A stretch of 64,000 nucleotides of DNA from Mizuhopecten yessoensis. Its lineage: Eukaryota. The notes under the pieces are model-generated. The model ran no database searches. It was not told where the DNA came from and worked only from the letters and a program-made list of their open reading frames with translations. Both the position numbers and the translations under genes were made by a program. Shown in pieces: positions 11,801-33,700 of this stretch (positions within the stretch are counted from its first letter, which is position 1; each line of letters starts with the position of its first letter). The DNA lies in the NCBI RefSeq assembly GCF_002113885.1, contig NW_018404995.1:395248-459247 (forward strand), in the 5' to 3' direction.

Positions 11801-14800
11801 TCATGTCCAGCAATTTTATGTATGGTTATGGTGTGGGGATCTCAACTGTGTCTAAGCTGTGACACAGAAACTAGGTCATTAGGGTTGTGGCCAGACCCCA
11901 GGATCAATTCTAATATCATGAATGCATTCGTCTCTTTTTGCCTAGCATTTGTATTTATAGTTTTGGGATGGGATTCTCAACGGTTTCAAAGTTATGACCC
12001 AGGGGTTAAGTCTCCAAGGGTGGGGCAGACCCCAAGGCCATCCTGGAGGATTTATGTGCATTCATCTCTTTATACTCAGCAATTGTATATATGGTTATAG
12101 GGTGGGGATCTTAACTGTTTCCAAGCTGTGACTCAGAAACTAGGTCCGTAGGGTTGTGGCAAGACCCCAGGGTCTATTCTAATATCATGACTGTATTCGT
12201 CTCTTTATGTCCAGCATTTGTATATATAGTTCTGGGGTGGGGATCTCAACTGTTTCAAAGTTATGACCCAGGGACTATGTCTCCAAGGGTGGGGCCAGAC
12301 CCTAGGCCAGGGCCATCCTGGAATCAAATGTGCATTCTTCTCTTTATACGATGGGGAACTCAACCATATCCAAGTAATAAACTTTCTTTGGCCCCACCCC
12401 TTAGCCCAGTGGGTCATCCCCACCATTTGTACAATTTTGAATCCCTGCCTCCCATGAATGCTTCCTACCAAATATGATCCATATCCATGGCATAGTTCTA
12501 CAGAAGAAGTCGCTTCAAGCAATAAAGCCAAATTGCCCCCGCCCCTCAGCCCCCTGGGCCTTACCATTTGTTCAATTTTGAATCCTCACCACCTAGGGAT
12601 GCTTCCAGTCAAATTTAGTTGAATTCCAATCAGTGGTTTAGAAGAAGAAGTTGTTTAAAGAAATTGTTGACCGACGGACGCCACGGTATGCATGGCATAA
12701 GCTCACCTTGGTCCTTCGGCATTTTTTGGCATTTGTCCTGTCCTTTAACACTCAATTCTGACTGATGTTTTCAAGCAAGATGCGAAAAATTTAGAGCAAT
12801 TATTTCTGACACCAATCTCAAGAACAATTGAATGTCAAGTAAATACAATTTAGATGAAGGTCACAGCTTGAGAGGTTTTACTTGATGGTAGTTCATGTAT
12901 ATGGTAATGATTAGAAATTTTAGACAAGGTTTTGATTTATTTCTTATACATGTACTTTGTATTTATATTTCGACAGGCCTATAAACAGTATGAAGACTTG
13001 GCAAGAAAGGATGAAGCAGAAAAGGAAAACTTAAAGCAAATGAAAGGTTAAAAAAGGGGGTGTAAACTATTCCTATCTTATACTCAATATTATGTATACG
13101 TGCAGTATGTCACAATGGGACAACATGAATGGCTCGACATCATGATCATTCTAATGTTGTGATGCAAAACCTGATGCCTTGTTGTGGTTTCTGAGCTAAT
13201 TCTGGTGATTGGAACGAAAGAAAAATGCTTTTTTATGCCCAAGGGTGTAGCATAGGTTAAGTCCACTTTCAAGATATTTAAATTAGTGCAAAAATATCTG
13301 TACCCTCAGGTTTCACCCAATTTGAAATCCCCTTTGGAGGAATTTCCTTGTCCCACATCCCTGGTCCTAAAAAGTCTTATATTCTGTATCAATCAGATGA
13401 CACTTAGAAATGTTCAGGACCTAGTATTGCATTAACAAAAAAAATGTCTATGAAGTGTGTTCCTTTTTAATATAGTTTTGTGGTTAATATAGAAATTGAA
13501 ATCTAGGACAAGGACAGCATATGTAACACATTTATGTAAATAATTTTCCTTCCTGTTGGTAGAGGCATTGGAACCGACTGATACAGTACCTCCAGCAGCT
13601 GTTAGAACTGTAGAAGTACCAACTTCCAACCAGCCGATTGGGGAAGTCAGCGGTAGATCACCAGGATCTGTTGATTCAGGGGAGAGTACCTCCGCATCAG
13701 GCAGCCATGAAACACCACAGCCAATGGTCACAGAAGATGCCAGTCGAGTTGAAAACAAACCTTCTGATAAAAACAGTGAAAAGAAAGACCAGGATCCAGA
13801 ACTCACAAAGTAGGTCATTGATATATGTGCCTTTAATATATTTTTTCCCATTTTCAATCTTTAGATTTATTAAATATCGTAAACCATGTCACACTCCTGT
13901 ATTTCAGTACTGGGGGGTATTCTTTTAAATGTCACATTTACTGTTAGATCAAGTGTGTAACAGTATCTTCTTCCTATTTCCATATTCTTCATATATCTAA
14001 CTGAGTGTTACACCTGTAAATCTACATCATTGTGACTGCTGATGGGTATATCATGCAACCTAGTGTTCTCGTGCAACATATTTACAAATTCTACAGATAC
14101 ATTACTGGCATATCAATACTGTATTGGATTTCCTGGTATGGTAAGGACACATTATCATTAATAAGCCTTCTAATATAACCATCTCCAAACACAAGAAGTT
14201 AAGTACGTATGTATACAAACTACCTCCATCCATTATTATCATGTCTAGCAGAAAACTTCTGATCACCTGAAGATTTTATGAATATTTATGAGCATATTAT
14301 GACTAGGCAAGTATGTCATGTAACACATGTCCCTGTGCCAAAAGTAAGGGTTGTCAAAAGGGGATCAAAAAGGTGTAATGCTTGTTTGGAAAGTAACAGG
14401 TCAACATTTTGATACATGGTAAGCATTTCAGAAAAGCAAAAGGTTCTAGTGAATCGTAATGAACCTGTAGCTGTTTTCATTTTATTACGAAAAGTTAATT
14501 TTCTTGATATTTTGGTTTCTGTTGCAATAATTATAAATAACTTTGATGTAATGCTGGGACATTGTCTTCTGCAGTTCTCATTTATCTATCTTACACCTAA
14601 TTTTTTACTTTAAAGCTGTATGAAACCACCAGCTGAAATACCCGTTTTCTTAAAACCATGTACCATTTTACAGACAACAAGAGAAGTTTCAGGCCAACCC
14701 CGCCAGTCACAATGGCGCCATGAGGGACAACTATTCTTGGTCACAAACCATCAATGATGTAGATGCACAGATCAAAGTATGTCTAAATTGGAGTCCCTAA

Positions 14801-17798
14801 TCTGTTTTAGACGTCAAGGTGTTTCTGTAAATTTATGTTCTTTATGCACATCGATATACTGCATTTTTTGTTCATGTATATGGATAATATCATGCCATTC
14901 AACATATTGGAAAACTGTACAATGGATAAATTTTCATTGAAGTACCATAAAACTTGTTAAAAATAATACATAGGTAGTCGAAATTGTAATATTTCCTGAC
15001 AAAGACATATAAAAATGACCTGATTAAAGTTGTCCCCGCCATCAGACCTGAAATATTCAAGAGCTATAGTTAATAAAAATAATGTAAATATATTTTGTCA
15101 ATTATCAAAGTTCTTTTCCCATGAAACAGGTACCAAAGTATGTAACGAAAGGCAAAGATGTGAAGGTTGTGATCGAAAAGAAGCGATTGAAGGTTTCCTA
15201 CAAACTGGACACTGGGCAGTGGCTGGACATTATGAATGATGTACTGTCCTGGGACGTAATGAAGGAAGAGTCTATGTGGAGCCTGGTGCCTGGTGACCAC
15301 ATACATGTAAGCTATTCAACCCTTAGTGCTATGTTATGAACTGTTAGCCATGTTTTGTCGTGTGTACTTTATTTTTTTAAATACTTGCAAATACTCAATT
15401 CACGATTAGAGGACACCATTTAAGTATATATAATGATAATCTATCATTATCATTATACTTGCTGTAGAATGAAATTCTCAAAACATAATTTCTTGCAAAA
15501 AAAAGCCATTTACAGGGAAGTCTGTTGCCATGCGTGGATGCATTGTCAGGCACATAAGTGCATATATATGGGTAGTGCTAAAGACCATAATGTATCAAGA
15601 CATTTTGCCATATATGATAATGATTATAAATTACTTTATCACATAATATACTGTGTTATTCAGTGAATATATCCATGTCATATTTTTTTGCATAATAACC
15701 AATGTAATATAACCTATAGCGATATATCAGCCCAGTGATTGGTTTTAAATTTCAATTGTTTCATTTGGGACGTCACGCCTAAGAGTACATGACGTCAGAC
15801 TTGTGCACTGGAGACAAAATGATGGCTTTTTAGGTCACCTGAGCTTTGCTCAAGTGACCTTTTCTAATCGCTTTTCCTCCGTCGTGCGTAAACTTTTACA
15901 TTTTCAACTTCTTCTCAAGAACCAGTGGATGGATTTTTTTCAAACTTGGTCAGAATCATCCTTGGTAGATGAGGCTTCAAAATTGTAAAATTGGGATTCC
16001 TACCCCAACCCCTGGGGCCAGGGCGGGGCCCCAAAGGGAAAATTAATCAATATTTCAAAAATCTTCTTCTCCAGACTCAGAGGTACTACAGTGATTTTCT
16101 CTACGTGGAAAGAAAGATCATCAGGGGCTTTACTTAAATTGTAAATTTCAGGACCCCCGAGCTATCCGTTCTCCCTTGGGGAGGGGGTAAAGTTTACTAT
16201 AGTTTATATAGGGAAATAACACTTTTGGGTATATTTTGACAACTTTCTGTAGGAAATTATTTTTACTTGGTGAGAATTATCCTTGGAGGTAGATGGTTTC
16301 AAATTGTAAAATTGAGATTCCTACCCCGACCCCTGGGGCCAGGGCGGGGCCCCAAAGGGAAAATTAATCAATATTTCAAAAATCTTCTTCTCCAGACTCA
16401 GAGGTACTACAGTGATTTTCTTTACGTGGAAAGAAAGATCATCAGGGGCTTTATTTAAATTGAAAATATCAGGACCCCGAGCTATCCGTTCTCCCTTGGG
16501 GAGGGGGTAACGTTTAATATAGTTTATATAGGGAAATAACACTTTTCGGTATATATTTTATCCATTTTCAGCAGAAAATTGCTCAAACTTAGTCAGAATC
16601 ATCTTGGGTAAATGAGAGTTTTACTTTGTAAAATTAGGATTCCTGCCCCATCCCCAGGGGCTAGGGCGGGGCCCCAAAGGGAACATTTACCAATATTTTC
16701 AAATTCTTATCCATTGATGACATGACAAGTATTGAATTTCACTTAGGTAGTTTACATGCTGATTTCCACATCACATCTAAACAATAAAATAAAGCTACCA
16801 GTACCTATGATATAACTCAGGTGACCGCTAAGGCCCTTGGGCCTCTTGTTACATTTCAAGAGTGCATGAAAATTGACGTTTTACACAAATAAATGCCACA
16901 AATCTTGATTATTTGTTAAAAAGAGATCTCGCACTCGTTTTCATTTCATATATAATTTCTGAAACTCATCACAAATCTTGATTATTTGTTAAAAAGAGAT
17001 CTCGCACTCGTTTTCATTTCATATATAATTTCTGAAACTCATCACAAATTTTTCATTTTAGCTCATTATTTAGCTTATTATTCATTCTTGTCAAGTTTGT
17101 CACATTTGATGACATATCATGAACATTTTGTCTTTTTTTTCCCAGGTGAATTTGGAGAAGAAAGAGGAGCGATGGTGGGAGGCATTACTTGTTTCAGAAA
17201 CCAAGATAAATGTGAGGAAGATTGATGCCAGTCGACCGATGTCTGATCTAGATGACGAGGCTCAAGCCAAGATTGGGGAGATGATGTATAATGATCGACA
17301 GAAGAAACTGGGACTCCCAACTAGTGATGAAAAAGTCAGTATTATAATACAGTGAAGTATAAATTATTTACTGACTCAATATTTGAATGAAATATGTTTA
17401 ATTGAATTTTGCGGGCAATGCAAAAGTTACCTACCTAGAAGAAGGGTTGAGACATAAATTCCAATGTTAATTTTGTAATCAGTCCATGTACTGCTCACTT
17501 GAAGACTATTGTATATCAAAAATTTTACCGCTAGAGAATATTATAACATCATTATTTGTCCGTAAAAACTGTTAGGGAGTTGTATTTCACCATTATTTGG
17601 TTTTCATGTACATGTATTTGAAATTGAATCTCCACTTTAAAAACAGATGTGCATGTTCTAATTTTCCAGAAAGTTCACAACTTACTGCAGGATGCCTGGG
17701 ATGCAGATGGGTCACCGTTCAAAGGACAGCCTTTTGACCCCTCAAAGGTCAACATGACTCCTGGCGGTGTTGTCTCCATTAACGAGGATAAACCATAA
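5868..17798 (+). CDS. NUDCD3: NudC domain-containing protein 3 (about 367 aa, 8 coding exons)
   Basis: Exons 5868-5974, 9942-10023, 12977-13046, 13563-13809, 14674-14776, 15130-15306, 17146-17334, 17670-17798 (1104 nt, in frame). Motifs YDTALLGILQHEG...FGFLYRRTDFY, NGAMRDNYSWSQT, CS/p23 domain ESMWSLVPGDHIHVNLEK...WW, and AWDADGSPFKGQPFDP. Confidence 0.95.
7550..8577 (+). mobile_element. Helentron/HINE-like element with about 135-bp internal tandem repeats
   Basis: ctggcttctgattggtcgaaattca units at about 7590, 7720 and 7845. Terminal hairpin tgtaatgg...ccattaca followed by cttgtt. Left boundary uncertain. Confidence 0.55.
7914..8460. mobile_element. MITE with about 115-bp TIRs and 9-bp TSD (Mutator-like)
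   Basis: tagccttagtttcctctggccccg versus cggggctagaggaaactcaggcta. Flanks gtacatgta / gtacgtgta. Confidence 0.85.
9656..9738. mobile_element. Tiny TTAA-flanked MITE (piggyBac-like)
   Basis: ttaa-ctcattcacccctgaa...ttcaggggtcaatgag-ttaa. Confidence 0.65.
10452..10494 (-). ncRNA. Minimal type I hammerhead ribozyme (Penelope-like element type)
   Basis: Minus strand reads GUGCU-CUGAAGA-C-GGCC-UCCUUUU-GGCC-GAAA-CAUG-UC-AGCAC: complete core, 5-bp stem I, 4-bp stem II, palindromic ACAUGU minimal stem III. Confidence 0.8.
11690..12720 (-). mobile_element. Helentron/HINE-like element with internal tandem repeats
   Basis: Repeated cagaccccaagg/ggatctcaactg units; end carries gacggacg and ataagctcaccttggtccttcgg as in other elements of this type in the window. 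Confidence 0.5.
15826..16850 (+). mobile_element. Helentron/HINE-like non-autonomous element
   Basis: Start ttttaggtcacctgagctttgctcaagtgacc (hairpin/subTIR), cgtcgtgcgt tract, internal about 330-bp tandem duplication, end ctcaggtgacc plus hairpin aggcccttgggcct plus cttgtt. Confidence 0.75.
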
Positions 17799-18569
17799 CT
17801 ATTCAGAAAAGCAGACATCGCCAATCCATCTTCGCCACAATTGCAAGAAAACGTTGAAAATTGTTTGCATGCCGAGTTGAAATAGAACTGCTTTAATTTA
17901 GTTTCAGTTCTGAATCTTTGCTTTATTGTTAAAGATTGCTTAATACAAAACATGTTCCATATTGAAGCCCTTGTAAACAGCGACTACTCGAAAGATAACG
18001 GAAATCCTGGTGGTGTTGTTTCCATTAGTAATAAATAAACCATAATCGATAAGATAAACTGACATCGCTAAAACCGATGAACAAACTCTGCATGTGGAGT
18101 TGGGATACGAAGGTAACTGCATTAGGTAAATTTTGTTTCCTTTCATTAAATGTATTGTTAAAGATTGTTTATAAAAAATGTCAATGCAAAATGTTTCGTG
18201 TATGATTTTCTTTGTAATGCAGGTTATCAATTAGATTTACCAGATCTGATTATATTTGATCCTGAAGTATTGTCGACAAATTAATTCCAAACTTTGGATA
18301 TTCATTTTCTCTTTACAAGATCTGCTGGTGTTATAGCTGGGCAAGTCTAGTGAATAAGTGTGGATCCATTTAATCTGAACATGTGTGATATCAACAAAAA
18401 CATTCAAAATCTTTCATTTTCTTCTCGAGTTGTCATATCACTGAAATTGTGATATCTGGTAGAGGAGTGAGAATGTAAACATTTCTGTTGACCAAGGTAA
18501 TATGGAGCAAAGTAATCCGACACAAGAGAAAACATGGCAAAGTATTGCAAGGCAATCCATCGTTTCCCA

Positions 18570-19695
18570 CTGGTAATGATTTCTATATTTAACAAACGCA
18601 TCATCCATGGATGTCCTTGTACACCAAATCTGGCAACTCCAGGTGAAACAGTACAGAAGATATGCTCCGAACATTTTTTGTTATTAAAAGTAAAGGTCAA
18701 GTCATAGGTCACACTGACCTAATTCTTGCACTCTACCATCCCAAGATGTCTTTGTACACCAAATCTGGTTACTCCAGAAGATATGGACAAATTTCGTCAA
18801 AAGCAAAGGTCAAGTCATAGGTCACAATGACCTTGCACTCTGCCATCCGAAGATGTTTTTGAACATGAAATCTGGTTACTCCAGAGAAAATATAAGAAGA
18901 TATGCCCCAGACAAACATTTCAAAGGTAAAGGTCAAGTCATAGGTCAGTGACCTTCTTCTTGCACTCTGCCATCCCAAGTGAAATGCCACGGACAAACTT
19001 TTTCAAAAAAGTTAAGGTCAAAGACAGGTCAGTGACCTTCTTAAACTCTGCCATCCCAATATGTCCCAGACAAACTTGTTGGAGTGCAACCCTAAAGTTG
19101 AGTGTGCAACACACGAGCTTCATAGAGATGCAATTTCCAATGTCAATAACAGGTCTCAAATCTTTTGAATGGATTATATAAAATTGCACCAAATTTTAAA
19201 CTTCTATATTTCACGCTAAAAACAGTTACCAAGGTATTTGTCATGTAGGTTTTATGAAAGAAATGTAATACCAGTTTGGTGTTACATCCCATGTTACTTG
19301 CAAACCAAGTTAACAAATTTGTACCAAAGATCCTGTTTTTATCAAAAACAATGGACCTTTAAGGCTAAATGATGGCAAGATTTACAAACAAACGAAAGGG
19401 GTAAAGGTGGACACTGTAAGAGGTACTACTGCAACACAAAAATGTTGACTTGCTGGATTTCACTTGTCCCAGAACAGTAACAGCTGGTCAAAAACAAAGT
19501 TTCAGCAAAATCTGTTAAAAAGTTTCAAGAGATTTAGAAAATGACTATCAATAACAGTAATTTGCCGAGACGATGTTGAGTTCATTCCTACTTTTGTCAA
19601 ATCTCCTCAAAAAGGTGGATTTGAAGTTAAAATGTTAACAGATGCCAGAAGACTGAATAGCAATAGCTGACATGGTTTTCAGGCAAGCTTAAAAA
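18570..19695 (-). mobile_element. Degraded HINE-like repeat region between the NUDCD3 and RPL10 3' ends
   Basis: aaaggtcaagtcataggtca and tgcactctgccatcccaa units repeated four times in 18690-19060. Confidence 0.5.
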
Positions 19696-19793
19696 TGTTT
19701 TATCCTTAATAAAAAGAAAACAAAAACAGGATGTCCTGGTGTCCAGATTTTAATCACATGATTGGTTTGTCTTTATAATTTATGTGAAAGCTT

Positions 19794-27382
<7,589 letters not shown>

Positions 27383-27560
27383 CTTGAAGGCTGAAAATAT
27401 GTAAGAATCGCGAGTTAATTGTGCAAATGAAAAAACAAAAATATACAAAAATGTTTACCTAAGCGATGTACTTATTCAGATTTACACATTCTCTTTTAAT
27501 AGTAAGATGACCGTAGATTTACTTTCGTGGATTTTTATCGTTCCACCATGTTTTACTTAC

Positions 27561-27575
27561 CGTCTAAAAAGAGGG
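27561..27575 (-). promoter_or_regulatory. RPL10 TCT initiator / 5'TOP non-coding micro-exon 1
   Basis: Minus strand CCCTCTTTTTAGACG|GTAAGT; acceptor TTTTCAG just before exon 2 (27390); ETS site CCGGAAG at 27579-27585. Confidence 0.8.
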
Positions 27576-27751
27576 TAACCGGAAGATCCGGTTCTGTGAA
27601 GTCACATGACAGACCATGACCAAAGGGGAAGCACCGTACTGTAAAGAAGTCAAAACAAACAGTGGGATGCCCATAGATTTACTGATATTTTAGCTTCATA
27701 TTCCAGTGTCAGATTTTAGATGAAAGCCCATCATTGCATGGACCAACAAGA
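27576..27751. promoter_or_regulatory. Bidirectional RPL10/SNX29 promoter region
   Basis: About 180 bp between the RPL10 TCT start and the inferred SNX29 ATG; contains CCGGAAG and GTCACATGAC (27601-27610). Confidence 0.6.
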
Positions 27752-30700
27752 ATGAATGGTACGTATAGTAAACATCCATGACTTACCGCTTTAGTTCGGT
27801 TCATATTTTACAGACTAACAGAGACTGGTTGGAATTGTAGATCATCACTGATATACTATCATATAGTACATTTATGTAGTTACCTGTAGAGTATTCTGTT
27901 ACATGTACCTTCGTCGACTGCAGTCCCAGCTTATAGTAGCCTGATCGGTACTGTCAACCAGACAATAAGTCTGCACTGAGTAATTTACTGCAATTTGAAA
28001 TGTTTTTGAATCTTATCAGGTAAGGCACATGATCCTGGCATGTGTTTGCCCTCACTCCGGGAATCAACACCCTAGGTCTTAACACATGGAAATGGTTGAT
28101 ATCTCAACCTCATAACTAAATATGCAATAGCTGTAGGAATAAGGAGACACGCAAGCATGCTGTCATAATTGGTGCATTGGTCTGGTCCCGCCCCTGGAGA
28201 TTTATATTCCCAACTTTGGCACACATGTCCAGAATCAAGAAGTACTTAATGCACTGACTCTCTAAAGGTTACGCATTGATATCCAAATGCTATTTTTTGT
28301 GCTTTTTTGTTGTAAAGAATGACATCTGTGATAACACAGTTATTGTCACTGAAATGTAATTGTCACAGTTATAGTAATTAATGTGTGCATTTATTTAGAA
28401 TGTAAGCCCTTAAAACTATTCAGCATGATGTGATGTTCCAATACAGTATAATGTTATCATATAACAGGAACTGAGACAACAGCAGACATTATTCAAATTG
28501 TTATTTTGATTTGCTTTGTATAGGGGATGATCCTCATGTTAATGAGCGACAAAGTATACTGACCAGACTCCTAGATGCAGTCAAACAGGTATGAAATATA
28601 TGTATCAGTTAAAGTAAATACCCATCAGCTTCAGCAGAATTTGGCATACAAGAAGGAAAATATTAGATATTTTTGTTTGGTGTACAAGTATTTGATTGTT
28701 GCACTATCAAACAGATGTTTCATGTTTTCTATTACTTTCACTTTCTACTACAGTGTCAAGTACGATTTGGTGGCAGAACTGAATTGGCAGCTGATGCAGA
28801 CAGCAGGTAAAATGATTATTATTTGATATCTTTCCTTTTTAATTCAGGTTTCAAGAAATATTTGAAATTAAGTTATTCTATGAATTGCAATTTGACTCCA
28901 GGTGCTATTTATTAAGATTTTATGATAACATAAGTTTCTACAGGAAAGCAAAATTGCACTACAAAAATTCTTACACTATATTTTATTGTAATAAATAATG
29001 ATGGAGTTTTATAAATGATATAATATTGAGTTTTCCCTGTTTCCTTGTTCAGAGTTTCCTGTCTGTGTGCTGCCTGGGAGACTGGCCTGCAGCACGGAAT
29101 GCGACAAAGTAACAAGGCCATCCTGGCCCTCAAGTAAGTCGTTTAGTGTTTAGTCCATAAGGAGGAACACACCGCAGTTAGATTTACCCCAATACATGTA
29201 TATACATACAGTGTACTTGCAAATAACCCAAATTGAAAACATCAGTGTTGGTTACTTACTCCAAACCTGCTTAAATATTACAACACTTTTTCTGTTAAAA
29301 TGTATTCGTGTGTGTATGCCATATACAAGTATCCCAGACTCTGAGACTCCATTCCCAATTCAACGTATACATAACGTCCATAAAAAAGATACTGTTGACT
29401 TTTGAAGGGTCAAAATAAATATCCATTGTAAATGTAACTTATATGTATTACTTTACAGACAGGTGACAGAGATTACAGGCCTCAACAAGGTGACAGACAT
29501 GTTCAATGACATCACCAACAAGGAGTCTGAAGCAGGTAGGTGATGATGGAGACGCACATTTGTTGACTCCAAAATTAGAAATTCTCCTAATATTATTTTT
29601 TTTAATTTGATTTTTATTTTCATTTTAATGTGCAATATACATCTTCATCAAATTAGCAATTATCATAATCATCATTCATCAAGCATCATCCATCATAGAC
29701 AATAGCCTCATGACCAACACATCTCACAGACATGCACCATCCTCATCATCATTCTCATCACCTTCATCATCACTTTTTTTTTAATACAAAACAACATCTC
29801 ATCATATTTCATACAATGCATCATCATCATTATCATCATCATCTCATCATCATCATTATCATCATCATCTCATCATCATCATCTCGTCATCATCATTATC
29901 ATCATCATCCCATCATCATCATCATCAAAGCAATATCATTGTATCGTTATAATCATACAGAGAAAAAATACAAATCAACACTGGTCATTACCATAAATAC
30001 TTGCATCATGTACATGTGATCATCATCCTCACTGTTATTATCAAGAAAACAAGATCACCTTCCACATGTCACATGACTCTCACATCCTGACATCATACAC
30101 ATAAAGTTGAGGAAGCATATGCAGTAACAAAAAAAAATAAACAATAAATTATCTATTGTATACCTGCAGTGATAAATAAGATCAGATTTACATGAATGTA
30201 TATTGCACTTTATTGGCTGGACAGACAAATAGCATGTAGAAAGAATTAAAGACGTTTAAAGAAAAGAAAAAGAAAGCGAGAAAAAGAAATAGAAACAAAG
30301 TGGAAGAACAGGTTGGGAGGTAGCTATATATAGACAAGACATACTATTTTCAGCTTTGCCAAGGGCTGGGAGAAGCCTACTTGATATATGAATAACAATA
30401 ACACTGGTACTACTAATAATAATTTACAAGTAAAAAAACAGCAAGAGTACTCTATATTATAAATCAATTAACTTTTTCCATTTACGCCATTCTATATCAA
30501 ATTTTTCCTTCACAGAGTCGCCCTTACCAGTTGCAATATATTTTCCAACCAGTCTCCTAATATGATATACTACCTACATTAATTTAGAAAAATATGGGGT
30601 AAAATGGCAGCAATAAGTGTCCATGTGAAGAAAAATTATAGTGCTAATTGATGAGTCTTTCTGAGACCTTAAAAACACTGCCTTTACTTTTCTTAGGCAC

Positions 30701-33700
30701 ATTTGTTCTCAATACTTTTAAAAAATCAGCCACACAATTTTACACCTTGCATTATGTCGAAGCGAAGTAATCCAGTAGATCACCATTGCTTCAATGCATT
30801 ATGGGTTACATATTTATATGTTGCAGTGTTCTGGCAGTACGTGAAGGAACACCTCACCAAACATGAGCTTGAAAGATTCCTGAAGCTTCAGAGCATCAAC
30901 ACAGACTCTGGACGTGGGAGAGCATGGCTTAGGGCCTCCCTGAACGAGCACTCCCTAGAGCGATACACACATATGCTCCTGGAGAGTGAGGAACTTCTCA
31001 GGTTGGGGTGTACTTATACTGCTTTGAATGAAGTCATTTACATTTTACGACAGTCATAGGAATTCTCGCATCACATCACTGATAGCAAATATTGTGACTG
31101 ACTGTCCTTCAAAACAAGAATGAATCAGTCTTGATTTGCTCTCTGCATGGATTGTGGATCAAAATGGTGTTCAGGGGTAAAATATGTAATTGGAGATCTC
31201 CAATAACGTTCCCCAAGGAACATTTTTAATAAGATTATTAAATAAAGACATCACATTAGGTTCAAAATGATTTTATAATAATGATCAACCATAAGGTTTG
31301 TGATCAGCATCGCTCATTAGTGATGCTGTTAAAAGATATTCAATGTAAAACTCTTATCATGGTTAACATGCTTTGGTGAAGAACATCATCTGATGCATGG
31401 CAGAGAATAGAACAGTACTTGGAAAGAAGTTCACAGTGATTGTTTGATGCAGAAGTGTACAATTTGATTAATAATTTAATGTTGTTGTGTGATTACAGTC
31501 AGTTTTATGAGAGCTGGTCATTTCTGCGGGACCAGGAGAGGAGCAGCATGATGCCAATGATGGCCGCAGGTATGTAGGCCATTGACCTCCTCCACTCTAC
31601 ACTAACATTGATGTATAGGCCTGTTTATCGTTATACATTTACATGGCTGTTATTCACCATTATACTTTAAATGGCTTAAAAATATTCAGAAATTAAAAAT
31701 TGTCTTGTTATATCTGAATAAAACAATAGTTGTTTAAAGTCAAGAAAAATTCTCGCAAATTGCTGCAAATTTACTTTTCACAACCTAAAAGTAATGATTA
31801 AGGATGACTATGGAAAGTTATGAATGGACAACCTCAATAAATATATTCCCTTGATATTTTAAATAGAGCGATTTTGTCTAACACTGATAACACTTTTCAG
31901 GTTTAGGATCTATCCTATTTGCCATCAACATAGATAATGCTGACTTGAACACTGTGAGGAAACCTACCACCAATGTTATCACAGTCCCCAATGCTGTGGC
32001 CAAGTCTTCTCCTACGGCTGATGATGAGCCACGCCCTGTCATCGCTGGTGAGGAAAGCCCCTCTGCTTCCTCAGGTGAGCTACACAGTGTCAGAGAAAGT
32101 ATCAGTTATAAGTTAGAGGAAGTGTCTCTGCAGTTTCCCAGATAACTCGTTATACAGTACACAGTACATTACCAGTTGTGGTAAATAGGCATTATAACTT
32201 TTTTTTTTAAATCAACATTTATTAGATTTTGTACAATGTTGTGTATTTTGATTGGTAAAATTGATGCAGAAATAATTTATCTAATGTATCCAGATATCTT
32301 TTCTGCAATTGATTTTTTTTTATGAAATGTTGGATCATGATTTACAGATGTACTGAAGAAGAAGGACAAAAAGAAGAAAAAGAAAATGGCTAATATTGTA
32401 AGTTTTGATGAAGATGATTCAGGGACATACAGTGCTGCTTCCCATCTGTCTGAAGTGGATCAGTCTGACTACGGGGCAACAGTGGGCAGGAGATCATTCG
32501 ATACAAACATTGACAGTGAACTTTCAAAGCAAACGCTGCCTTATTTTAAGGCATCAGCTAATAGCACATCTTCACAGATGTCATCACTTTACAGCCGTGA
32601 GCCAAGTGTTACATCTGGGACCTCTAACGACCGACAGAACAGTCACAGCTCTTTCAGTTCAACTGACTTCGAGTTAAGGTAGTTATGATCAGACACATGT
32701 TGTATGACGACTAAAGGTAGTTTTACTCTTATTATCACCGGAACCTCATTACCTTGTATATACTTATCTGGTCACTTTAAATTGCTTGAATTAAAAACAA
32801 AATCATATAAATATTAGCAGGGTACAAAGCGACGGCATTAGAGAAGATCCCTGGTAAATTGGTACGCCCAATTTTTTATAAAATATTTACGCAATACCAC
32901 ACATGTTTCCTGATGTCAGCAGAGACAACACAAGTTCATTGAGTGGATGATGCATACATCTCATTTGTCTGCCTATACAATTAGATAAAGACAAATTAGG
33001 TACAGCTGCATTTTAATTGCAGTTTATATGCATGCTATAATTAAATTTCTGTAAAATTTCACACATGATTTTCCAGGATTTATGTTCAGTTTGCTTCCAT
33101 CAAACACATACTGATCGAAACAATGTTTCGGACAGAATAGTGAAGTTGCCTTGTCATACCACAGATTTGTACCAACTCATTCTCAATTCAGTTTGGTGAT
33201 TTGATCTGTGGATAATAACCAATGATTCTAGCAAAAAGGAGTTACCTTTATTGTTACAGTGTAAAATGTGATACCTTTGGTATTGCATTGTCTGAAAACT
33301 GTCAGTGTCAGTATAACAAAATTCACTTGGCATGCGATAGTAATAGCTTTAAATATTACCTGTACTAGATTCATGAACATTTCATAATTGATTGAATTGC
33401 TTCATCATCAAAACATCTTTGTGAGGTGAGATTTTGTGTGAAATTTCTAAAAGTCATAACTTGTCTTCTACAACAATGCATAAATATTATTTTATTTTAT
33501 TTTAGCGACCCTGGAAACCTGATACCCTTAACCTCAGCAGGCACTCCTTTTGATCTTTCTTCATCACCTGTAGTCTTGGAACACAACTTAAGTTCATCAG
33601 GTAAAATAAAAACAATTCTTATGCTCTGGTTTGGCCGTCTGACGGTCTAAGATCATTAGCTCTCCACTACCGGTACACACATTCAAGGATTGCATAGGAT

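Noticed and set aside
29732-30019. His/Ile/Ser-rich ORF
   Set aside because: Translation of an intronic CAT microsatellite.
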